DNA of 64,000 nucleotides from Candidatus Enterousia sp. (GTDB lineage Bacteria; Pseudomonadota; Alphaproteobacteria; Rs-D84): NCBI GenBank assembly GCA_045592905.1, contig JAZNVR010000030.1, positions 6,029 to 70,028 of the forward strand, read 5' to 3'. Shown piece by piece: positions 55,849 to 64,000 of this stretch (position 1 is its first letter; each line of letters starts with the position of its first letter). The notes under the pieces were generated by a model. It saw only the letters and a program-made list of their open reading frames with translations, ran no database searches and was not told where the DNA came from. The position numbers and the translations under genes were made by a program.

Positions 55849-56217
55849 TTTTTCAATAGTAAAAGTATTATCTTTGGCAATTAATGCACGAATTTCTTGC
55901 ATTTGATGATACAAACGCAACGTAAATGCATTTTGACCATTAACCGTTGGTTCACCCGCCAAATCCGTTGCTTTAATCAAATAAGATTTATTAGCACGTT
56001 CTTGTGTTAAATTTACAGTAAACGAAACAATATCACCCGGACGCATAACAGCATACGCATCATAATAAGAAAAACGTTTATTATGAAATCTTGGAATATT
56101 AATAAACTCGCCATTATCACAAAAGATAGATTTATCAGCACGACCATCGCCTGTTGTGTCTACATAAACATAATAATCTTTTCTTCTAATAACTTTTCCA
56201 ATAATCATTCCTGACAT
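55846..56217 (-). CDS. Hypothetical protein (123 aa)
   Basis: The ATG at 56217 with a strong AAGAGGA RBS is preferred over the ORF-track start at 56238. I recognise no family. Confidence 0.45.
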   Translation of the reverse strand: MSGMIIGKVIRRKDYYVYVDTTGDGRADKSIFCDNGEFINIPRFHNKRFSYYDAYAVMRPGDIVSFTVNLTQERANKSYLIKATDLAGEPTVNGQNAFTLRLYHQMQEIRALIAKDNTFTIEK

Positions 56218-56283
56218 TATAATCCTCTTGCTTGTCATGCTATTTATATAACACAGAAATTAAAATCGTCAATACAAAATAAA

Positions 56284-56320
56284 CAAAAAAAACGGGGTTA
56301 CTTGTCCCCGTTTAGTTTTC
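56284..56320 (-). terminator. Intrinsic terminator after ppiD
   Basis: Stem aacgggg-ttacttgt-ccccgtt, with an A-run on the + strand. Confidence 0.6.
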
Positions 56321-56328
56321 AACCGATA

Positions 56329-57741
56329 TTATTTTACAAATATGCGATTATATACTTTTTCATTAATTTTGACCGGATACTCACGTATCAAGAACGAATT
56401 ATAATCATCTGTAACGCCCTGGGCAGACGTATTTTCCATTTCTTTACGCAAACTGCTCATTTGGTTATTGTTAACCTTGGGCGATATGGCTTTTTTGATA
56501 CTTAACACATAAAACGCATCTGGCCCTTCAACAATAACATTTTGACCAACCTTGTTACGAAATGCAGCAACCAAAACATTATTTGGTGCACCATCCGTAC
56601 GTGATACAGTTACAGATTTTTTACCAGCCAATTTACCACTTTTATTCAAATCAACCAGCAATTCATTTGCATAAACATATGCACTTTTTTTCTGTTCGGA
56701 CTTTTTCCAATCATTTATCAAAGATTTTTTTACACTGTCAAATTCTGCAACATGTTCAGGATTGACAGAATCAACACGAACGAAAACAAAACCATTTTTT
56801 GTTTCAATCATTTCACTTTCCAGTCCTGAATCCATATCAAAAATCTTTGCAATCATCGCATCTGTCAAAATCTTATCCACAGGCCTGTTATCACGATCAA
56901 AAGCCTTTAATGCAACATACTTTCCACCATGTTTGTTTGCTGCATCTTGCATTGAATTACCTGCGATAATATCGTCTTCTATTTTTATTGCTTTGGCATA
57001 TCCTTCGTCATATTTATCCGGTTGTGCCATATCCGTTTCAACAAACACATACGACACAGCCCTTGTTTCTGGTACCATTTGTGGATTTTTCTTGTAAAAA
57101 TCCTTCAACTGTTCATCAGACGGAGCATCCGCATTAAACTGTGAATATTTTACAGTTGCAAATTCAATATCACGCTTTCCATATCGGGCATTATATGCCG
57201 CCTGGACAGCAAATTCTGGCACAGGCACAGGTACAGACATTGCACCCAAAACCATTGAACGCAACACCTGTGAACGTAATACATTGGCAAATTCCGCCTC
57301 TGAATAACCAGAATTATTCAAAACAGCATCAAATGCAAATGGTGAAAATTCGCCATTTTCCTGAAATTCTGGATATTCACGTATTTCTTGAGCGATTCGT
57401 TTATCGCTAACCACAAAGCCCATATCATTTGCACGATTATTTGCCATTTGTTGTGTCGTGATTTTAGTCAATACCCCCTTTGCAAATTCATTTTGTGATG
57501 CAACATCTGCATAAATATCACGTTGTTGTTCACGTGTCATTTGGGCCAATTGGCGTGACTTTTCTGAATTAAACTGTTGTGCAGAGATTTCAGAATCACC
57601 AACATACAGCACTGTATTATCACTGGTTGTATTGCCAAAAATCCATTCTGCAACCCCCCATCCGACGAATGAAAAAGCCAATACACTAATTAAAATTTTT
57701 GCCACCGGTTTTTCCGATGCGTTTCTTAAATATTCTAGCAT
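56329..57741 (-). CDS. ppiD: Membrane-anchored periplasmic chaperone / PPIase, PpiD (SurA-like) family
   Basis: The ATG at 57741 (RBS AAAGGGGA) gives MLEYLRNASEKPVAKILISVLAFSFVGWGVAEW, the typical PpiD N-terminal anchor, followed by a long SurA-N-like region. Confidence 0.7.
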   Translation of the reverse strand: MLEYLRNASEKPVAKILISVLAFSFVGWGVAEWIFGNTTSDNTVLYVGDSEISAQQFNSEKSRQLAQMTREQQRDIYADVASQNEFAKGVLTKITTQQMANNRANDMGFVVSDKRIAQEIREYPEFQENGEFSPFAFDAVLNNSGYSEAEFANVLRSQVLRSMVLGAMSVPVPVPEFAVQAAYNARYGKRDIEFATVKYSQFNADAPSDEQLKDFYKKNPQMVPETRAVSYVFVETDMAQPDKYDEGYAKAIKIEDDIIAGNSMQDAANKHGGKYVALKAFDRDNRPVDKILTDAMIAKIFDMDSGLESEMIETKNGFVFVRVDSVNPEHVAEFDSVKKSLINDWKKSEQKKSAYVYANELLVDLNKSGKLAGKKSVTVSRTDGAPNNVLVAAFRNKVGQNVIVEGPDAFYVLSIKKAISPKVNNNQMSSLRKEMENTSAQGVTDDYNSFLIREYPVKINEKVYNRIFVK

Positions 57742-57809
57742 TTGTTCCCCTTTTGCGTTACCATAGCAAAATAAAACATATAAAAGCAATGAAAAAAAGG
57801 GGAAAATCA

Positions 57810-58514
57810 ATGAAAATTATTGCTGGTAACTGGAAAATGAATGGCACACAAGAAAACCTGAAACAACTGATAACAAAACTGTCTGATATTAATACACAAA
57901 ATAAAATAATTTTATGTGTACCATATACAATGCTGTGTACATCATCTGGTAACATTTCTTTGGCAGCCCAGGATATCAGCCAATATACACATGGTGCATA
58001 TACAGGGGAAATATCTGCATCCATGGTATCTGAAACAAATGCAAAATACACTCTGATTGGACACAGCGAATGCCGTCAGTACCATGGCGACACAAATGCA
58101 ACAGTTCGTGCAAAGGCACAACAAGCATTGGCAAACGGACTAATACCTATTATTTGTGTTGGCGAAACAATGGATGAAAAACAAGCCGGAAAAACAATGG
58201 CAGTTATTGAATCTGGTATACGTGAATCTGTGCCATCTGATGTTAATACAGATATTATTATTGCATATGAACCACGATGGGCAATTGGTGCAGGCATAAC
58301 ACCAACATCAGACGAAATTGCACAAGCACATACATTAATTGCAAATACTTTACAAGATATGGGGCTGGGCGGAACGCCTGTATTATATGGTGCATCGGTC
58401 AAGGCATCTAACGCATCTGATATTATGTCTATTCCATATGTTGATGGTGTATTGGTTGGTGGTGCATCCTTGAAAAGTGATGATTTCATACCTATAATAA
58501 CCAGTGTTAAATAA
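57810..58514 (+). CDS. tpiA: Triosephosphate isomerase
   Basis: MKIIAGNWKMNGT..., IGHSECR, AYEPRWAIGAG and VDGVLVGGASL are present. ATG at 57810 with an AAAGGGGA RBS. Confidence 0.9.
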   Translation: MKIIAGNWKMNGTQENLKQLITKLSDINTQNKIILCVPYTMLCTSSGNISLAAQDISQYTHGAYTGEISASMVSETNAKYTLIGHSECRQYHGDTNATVRAKAQQALANGLIPIICVGETMDEKQAGKTMAVIESGIRESVPSDVNTDIIIAYEPRWAIGAGITPTSDEIAQAHTLIANTLQDMGLGGTPVLYGASVKASNASDIMSIPYVDGVLVGGASLKSDDFIPIITSVK

Positions 58515-58534
58515 TTGTATAGTATGAAAAAACA

Positions 58535-59053
58535 ATGGACAAAAAAATGAAAGACGAAAAAGAAGTAAAAATAGACGAAGTATCTATAGAAGATGCACAA
58601 CCAGATATCGCACAACCAGATTCTAAATCTGAAATTGATATATTGAATGATAAACTGGCAGAATTGAACGACAAATATCTGCGTTTGGCCGCAGAACTGG
58701 AAAACACACGTCGTCGCAGTGAACTGGATGCACAATCACGTGCAAGGAATCGTGCAATCAGTGTCGCAGAAAAAATATTACCTGTTATGGATGCTGTTGA
58801 TGCGGCACTAAAACACAATCCAGAAGATACAGGGATTCAATCTATGTCAATGGCACTAAATTCTGCATTTGAACAAATTGGTATCACAAAAATTGAATCT
58901 GTTGGTCAAAAATTAAATCCAATGCATCACAACGCAATCCAAGCAATTGAGAAACCAGACAGTGAACCAAACACAATTATTGAAGAAATGCAATCTGGAT
59001 ATTTATTTGGCGATACAGTTTTACGAACTGCAATGGTTGTTGTATCAAAATAA
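58535..59053 (+). CDS. grpE: Nucleotide exchange factor GrpE
   Basis: LNDKYLRLAAELENTRRRSE... is followed by a C-terminal beta domain (GYLFGDTVLRTAMVVVS). Confidence 0.85.
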   Translation: MDKKMKDEKEVKIDEVSIEDAQPDIAQPDSKSEIDILNDKLAELNDKYLRLAAELENTRRRSELDAQSRARNRAISVAEKILPVMDAVDAALKHNPEDTGIQSMSMALNSAFEQIGITKIESVGQKLNPMHHNAIQAIEKPDSEPNTIIEEMQSGYLFGDTVLRTAMVVVSK

Positions 59054-59080
59054 AAAATCCCCAAATGGGGATTTTATTTT
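59053..59080. terminator. Bidirectional intrinsic terminator (tcccc/gggga type)
   Basis: The sequence aaaaaa-tcccc-aaat-gggga-tttt. Confidence 0.75.
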
Positions 59081-59083
59081 AAA

Positions 59084-61903
59084 TTAAAATGCACTGCGGA
59101 ATTTTATCATACCTGTTTGAGATGTATAATCCTTGTGTAAATCCAAGTCATACATCAAACTAAATTCCATTCCTTTGTATTCAGCGGTCAATCCAACTGC
59201 AAATTCGCCACCAAACCTGGACAAGTTTTCACCAGAAAACTGATATGATGAACCAACACTTGGCAACATAACAGTTGTTTTAGCATCATCGCTTATCATA
59301 TCATATGTCAATGCAGCACGCATTTCTGGACGGAATCTTAACATATTATCATTTTCAATATAAAACGCATATTTCAATCCAGCAACCGCTGTTAAAAAGT
59401 CTGTATTATGCGTTGCAATTGTATTGATTCCATTACTGTAATCATCCTGTGTTACATGCATATAACGCAATCCCATTTCTGGTGTGATTCCAGTCGCAAA
59501 ATCATAACCTGTCATGGCCTGAACAGCATATACATTTGCGTCATATGTATTTTCAATTACAACCCCAAATGGATCTACGTTTTCCGTATAATCAGACAAA
59601 GTATATGCCAATGTTGCATTTGCGAACCATTTATTTGGCTTATACTGTCCGTACAAGAACAATGTTTTACTGTCTATATCTGTATGTCTGGACACAGAAT
59701 CAACATCTGTATTATTGTATGCAAACCCTGCACCAACAGTATAAACATTATTAATAACTGTATCTGCCCCCAATGCAAATCCACGTGTATAACCATCAAA
59801 TTTATTCGTAGATTTTGACTTATTAAACAATCCCTGGGCCCAGAATCCATTTGTCTGGTCAATCATATCACCACCAGAACGACCAACAACAGATATACCA
59901 CCAGACATACGTCCAGAAACCAACGACATCACTTGATTATTAATTACCATTGTGGTTGATTGCGTTGCAACAGATGAATCTGGATTTAATTTTTCTGTTT
60001 CTGCTTCTACCTCGCTAATATTGCCATCAATCAAGGCCTGTTGTGCCATTAATGAAATTTGCTGTATGTTTTTATCTGCAGAATTTGCCAAACCATTAAT
60101 AACACCGGCCGCCTGAACAGACAACCCCGTAGATTGAGCCAACGCATCAATACTTTTTGTTTTAACAATAATATTGTTATCCTGTTGGGATACATCAAAA
60201 ACATTTCCAGTATAAACATTCTTGAAATCATTCATGTTAATACCACCCAGAACATTTTTATATTCACCAACAGATGCTATTACTAATTCTAAATTACCAG
60301 TATCTATACCAGAAACAGTATCTGTAACATTTAATTTACCGTATGATTTAGAATCCAATATTGTAATTGAAATCTTTGATTCTGGATTCATTTCCAAATT
60401 ATTTGTAATTAATGTTCCCCCTGCCCCGATATTAATTAAATCAAAACCAGAAACAGTATCTGCAACATTTACTGCAACACGTCCAATATTTATAGATGCA
60501 TCACCAATGACATTAAATGTTTCAATGGTGTTCGCATTAACAAATCCTAATCCATCAGCTGTATTGAAAATATTTAAGGTTGCATTTCCTTGAACATCGC
60601 CAGCATTGGCTTCATTCCCTGGATTCAGCGTTCCATTAACATTAACTTTATTTGAACCAAACGTATCAATATTCAATGTTGTATTTCCTGCAACAAATGA
60701 ATCCTTGCGTTTTGCACCAACACGAACTGTGATATCATCCGGGTCAAAATCACTGACAACCTTGGCTGCTAAATCTTGATATCCAATTGCATTTGCCCCT
60801 TTTAAGTTAATTGTAATATCGCCCCGGGCAGACATATTAGAACCCATACCAATTATTTCTTGACCGACAACTGTATTTTCCACATTAATAACAATATCGT
60901 TTATCTTAAATTTTTCTGTATTCCATGCAACATTTGTCCCACCAGAAACATTTGCACCACGAATACTGGAACCAATTTCTGAATTAGATACATTTACAGT
61001 AACGGTTCCATCCAACCCCATAACATCAATATCCGTACTTGCTTTCGCCCAAGAAGTAATACCCAATACATCATCTGAAACCACAGATTTATCTACCAAG
61101 ACATTTATATCACCTGTAACGAATGCATCTGCGCTAACCATATTTCCAAAAACACTTTCTGCTGTAACATCGTTAACCACCAAATTAACATCGCCAATTA
61201 CATCTGTATTTGCCCCATTACCGAAAATTTGTTTAAATGAAGATTGTTCAATAACAGTATTTACATCACCTGCAACCTTATTATTAGAACCACCTGCGTA
61301 TATTACTGCACCACTGGTACCTGTATTGTACCCACTTAGATACACATCACTATTCAGCACATCTACGCCCTTGCCACCAGTATAAACAATATAATCAACA
61401 ACAGATTGTTTGTCTAATGTATTGCCATTCAGATATATTATACCAACACCACCATTGGTTGTATGTTGTACAGCATTAACTTTTACATTACCAATCCCAT
61501 CAAAGATATAAGTACCAGAATTTCCAGAAACACCATCGCCTGATGTTAACATTGTAAATGTCTGATTATCACCCCAGTTTTTCAGCACCAATGTACTGGT
61601 TGCGTTTGGCAATCCTGTATATCCGTATTCTGCCATTTGGAACGCACCACTAAATCCAGAAACATCACCAGACCACACAACGTATGTTGATTGTTGGAAT
61701 CCAGGTAAAACCTGAACTGTACCCTGTCCAGTTAAACTGCCTGAATATACTTCATCCGGTCCAACAATAGTTATTTTTTCATCCTGTGGCACCGTTATAT
61801 TTTCAGTATGAACCTGTGCAAATACAGGCATACATACCGCCATTGGAACCAAACCAGCACATTTAACAACATTCATCAGGATTTTGTTTGAAATACAGGA
61901 CAT
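59084..61903 (-). CDS. Classical autotransporter (type Va) with a beta-helix-like passenger
   Basis: The ATG at 61903 (RBS AAAGGAG) gives the signal peptide ...AGLVPMAVCMPVFAQV. The passenger is G/N/V/T-rich and repetitive. The C-terminal ~280 aa form a beta-barrel ending ...GMIKFRSAF. Confidence 0.8.
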   Translation of the reverse strand: MSCISNKILMNVVKCAGLVPMAVCMPVFAQVHTENITVPQDEKITIVGPDEVYSGSLTGQGTVQVLPGFQQSTYVVWSGDVSGFSGAFQMAEYGYTGLPNATSTLVLKNWGDNQTFTMLTSGDGVSGNSGTYIFDGIGNVKVNAVQHTTNGGVGIIYLNGNTLDKQSVVDYIVYTGGKGVDVLNSDVYLSGYNTGTSGAVIYAGGSNNKVAGDVNTVIEQSSFKQIFGNGANTDVIGDVNLVVNDVTAESVFGNMVSADAFVTGDINVLVDKSVVSDDVLGITSWAKASTDIDVMGLDGTVTVNVSNSEIGSSIRGANVSGGTNVAWNTEKFKINDIVINVENTVVGQEIIGMGSNMSARGDITINLKGANAIGYQDLAAKVVSDFDPDDITVRVGAKRKDSFVAGNTTLNIDTFGSNKVNVNGTLNPGNEANAGDVQGNATLNIFNTADGLGFVNANTIETFNVIGDASINIGRVAVNVADTVSGFDLINIGAGGTLITNNLEMNPESKISITILDSKSYGKLNVTDTVSGIDTGNLELVIASVGEYKNVLGGINMNDFKNVYTGNVFDVSQQDNNIIVKTKSIDALAQSTGLSVQAAGVINGLANSADKNIQQISLMAQQALIDGNISEVEAETEKLNPDSSVATQSTTMVINNQVMSLVSGRMSGGISVVGRSGGDMIDQTNGFWAQGLFNKSKSTNKFDGYTRGFALGADTVINNVYTVGAGFAYNNTDVDSVSRHTDIDSKTLFLYGQYKPNKWFANATLAYTLSDYTENVDPFGVVIENTYDANVYAVQAMTGYDFATGITPEMGLRYMHVTQDDYSNGINTIATHNTDFLTAVAGLKYAFYIENDNMLRFRPEMRAALTYDMISDDAKTTVMLPSVGSSYQFSGENLSRFGGEFAVGLTAEYKGMEFSLMYDLDLHKDYTSQTGMIKFRSAF

Positions 61904-62134
61904 AAAAATCTCCTTTTTCTTTTGTTTCAAGAAATATTCTCTGTATCAATATCTGTAACACATGTTTTTTGTATTATCAAGAAAAAATATTTATTTAAGA
62001 AAACAGTCCACAATAACTATTTAATACAGACATACCATAGTCCAGATTCAAAAAATATAAATACGCAAAAAACTACTATATTGTGTATGTTTATGATATA
62101 ATACAGTTAGTTATATTATTAAGGGCTTGAAAAA

Positions 62135-63196
62135 ATGCGTACAATTTTTATAGCATTTTCAATACTTACATTGATTTCATCTTCATATGCCACAGCAAAT
62201 ACAAATGATTTGCGTGTATCATTAGAAGAATCAAAAAATGCGGTAAATGCTACTTTGAATACTGTGCGTGATAATTGTATTGGTATTTCACAAGATTTAG
62301 ATTATTTGAAAACTCTGGCTGGCGTTGGTACAGGTGTTTCTTCGGTTGGTATTGCGGGTGCCACCACCGCAGGTATTGCAGGCATAATAAAACATAAATC
62401 TGATGAACAAGCAATGGAATTTAGTGCAAACGATTTATGGAATGAAATTAGAAGTAACAATAGAAAAAAATCGCTACACACAGAATTATTACAAAATCAA
62501 GTAGCAGAATATGAAGCATGGTTTCGCACCTTAACACCTACAAATGAAGATCATAAAACAAATATTGCATACAACAAACAAAAGTTACGACAGTTAACAG
62601 AATTTGGTCAAAAAAGCAAAAAAATGGCGGATTTGCGTACAGGCACATTGGCTGTATCTGCTGCGTTAAATATTGCAGGTGCCACTGTATCTGGCGTAAA
62701 TATGAAAAAGAACACAACAATAACAGAACGTATATCAAATTGTTTGAATACAACACAAGAATTAGCCAACACATTGTTGCAACTTCAAATAAATAAATAT
62801 GCATATGATGCTGAAATTGCTGATACATTAACACCCAAGGATAGCATTATCTCAGATACAGAAATAAATAGTATTCAGAATATTATTAAAGCATGCAGTG
62901 ATTGGGTAACTGTTGATCTATCAAAAATTGAAAAACAGGCCAAGGCTGCTGTGGCTTCCAATATAGTTGGTGCCGCTACAAGTACAACGGGTACAATCAC
63001 ATCTGTGATGTCAAATACGGATACAAATCGTCTGTCAGGTACAAATAAAGAAAAAAGTTTAAATATAACATCAAATGTAATGGCTGCAGGCAGTACGGCT
63101 GCAGGTATTGCTGCAACAATATTTAACGCAGCACAAATAAGTGCAATTAAACATGCAGTAACTGTTGCCAATGAATGCGAGGAGGCACTAAAATAA
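62135..63196 (+). CDS. Secreted protein (353 aa) carrying the same signal peptide/helix/Cys/glycine-zipper N-terminal module as 31797-32177 and 29507-31786, plus further Gly/Ala-rich segments
   Basis: MRTIFIAFSILTLISSSYATA then ...RDNCIGISQDLDYLKTLAGVGTGVSSVGIAGATTAGIAGIIKHK. Later segments are LAVSAALNIAGATVSG, IVGAATSTTGTI and AAGSTAAGIAATIF. Confidence 0.6.
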   Translation: MRTIFIAFSILTLISSSYATANTNDLRVSLEESKNAVNATLNTVRDNCIGISQDLDYLKTLAGVGTGVSSVGIAGATTAGIAGIIKHKSDEQAMEFSANDLWNEIRSNNRKKSLHTELLQNQVAEYEAWFRTLTPTNEDHKTNIAYNKQKLRQLTEFGQKSKKMADLRTGTLAVSAALNIAGATVSGVNMKKNTTITERISNCLNTTQELANTLLQLQINKYAYDAEIADTLTPKDSIISDTEINSIQNIIKACSDWVTVDLSKIEKQAKAAVASNIVGAATSTTGTITSVMSNTDTNRLSGTNKEKSLNITSNVMAAGSTAAGIAATIFNAAQISAIKHAVTVANECEEALK

Positions 63197-63198
63197 AA

Positions 63199-64000
63199 AT
63201 GAAAATACGCAGCGTTTTATTTGTACTATTAACAACATTATCAGCCATATCAAACTGTATGGCAGAACCTGATTTTGCGACACAACGTGTTTCATTTAAT
63301 AAAATATATAAAGTCGCACGAAACAAAAAATATGAATCTATTTATAATAGTGATTTTATATTTATGCTTTATCCATACAGCACCAATGACAAATGGGTTA
63401 TTAACGAAATTGCCCAAGCATGTGTGAATTATACAACGGTTGATACGAACGTTACAATTGATATGTGTCAAAATTTTATCAAAGATATTATTGGTGTAAA
63501 ACAAGAACTACCAAAAACAATAGAAGTGGCAAAACAAACAGAAAAACCAAAGCCAAAAGTAATAGAAAAACCAAAAGCTTCCAACCTATCAATTACAACC
63601 ACTCCAAATACAACAGAATTTACATTCAATATTTATGCCACCGGCAAATATACCGTTTTGTGTGGTAATAATAAAGCTGCAACAGTTAATACTGCAGATG
63701 GAACATACACTTGTAAATATGATAGGCCGGGCGTATATACTGTAACGATTTCCGGCACAACTACTGCGTATAGTAGCAATGCAGGAACGACACCAGCTAT
63801 CAGCTTTATGGACAACAAAAATGTCGCAAGTGTTAATGGTAGTTTTGGCGCGGTTTTTCCTGTTTTGTCTAATGGTTCAGTACCAATTTTTTATCAAACT
63901 TTTAGTGGTTGTACAAATTTAACATCAATATCGGCAGATTTATTTAGTGGTATCAATACTGCGCCAGTAGAGAAAATGTTTCTTTGGACATTCTATAATT
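63199..64000 (+). CDS. Secreted protein with a BspA-type leucine-rich-repeat C-terminal region, 3' end outside window
   Basis: The ATG at 63199 lies 2 nt after the upstream stop. Signal peptide MKIRSVLFVLLTTLSAISNCMA. The frame is open to the window end and is not in the ORF track. The terminal sequence FYQTFSGCTNLTSISADLFSG...MFLWTFYN resembles BspA-like LRR_5 units. Confidence 0.6.
   Translation, partial: MKIRSVLFVLLTTLSAISNCMAEPDFATQRVSFNKIYKVARNKKYESIYNSDFIFMLYPYSTNDKWVINEIAQACVNYTTVDTNVTIDMCQNFIKDIIGVKQELPKTIEVAKQTEKPKPKVIEKPKASNLSITTTPNTTEFTFNIYATGKYTVLCGNNKAATVNTADGTYTCKYDRPGVYTVTISGTTTAYSSNAGTTPAISFMDNKNVASVNGSFGAVFPVLSNGSVPIFYQTFSGCTNLTSISADLFSGINTAPVEKMFLWTFYN

Overview
Visibly AT-rich chromosomal segment from a Gram-negative bacterium. 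My inference is that it is host-associated and alpha-proteobacterium-like, based on LpxI, a membrane-anchored PpiD, Omp25/31-style beta-barrels, an alpha-type ParC N-terminus, an orphan VirB11, LRR and ankyrin proteins and two autotransporter-like proteins. Recognisable housekeeping genes are a ClpP-like fragment, ctp, rph, rne, corA, an msbA-like ABC exporter, a class A PBP, rpsU, clpB (no N-domain), rpmB, lpxI, a RumA/TrmA-type methyltransferase, parC, glyQS, rplQ, rpoA, infA, tpiA, grpE and ppiD. There are three tRNAs: Pro-GGG, Ala-TGC and Leu-CAA. Most genes end in short stereotyped, often bidirectional, hairpin terminators, and several sigma70-like promoters are readable. I found no rRNA, transposase, integrase or CRISPR array. 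The outstanding feature is a ~24 kb locus (29.5-53.8 kb) of 15 ORFs. Twelve encode Sec-signal-bearing, cysteine-rich, repeat-containing proteins assembled from a small shared set of sequence modules: a CxDAYxxCMDxFC head, C-x(4,6)-CGx[DNT][FWY]xxC units, C..G.W[ND]..CxC..C EGF-like units, a signal-peptide/helix/Cys/glycine-zipper module, and one OmpA-like peptidoglycan anchor. I do not recognise this family and consider it a candidate undescribed disulfide-crosslinked envelope or surface system. Other items worth a look are a tandem 2x137 bp repeat that duplicates the 3' end of tRNA-Leu, a hidden 34-aa Cys-rich peptide gene, a ~190 nt promoter-to-terminator candidate sRNA, and rpoA-rplQ uncoupled from upstream ribosomal-protein genes.
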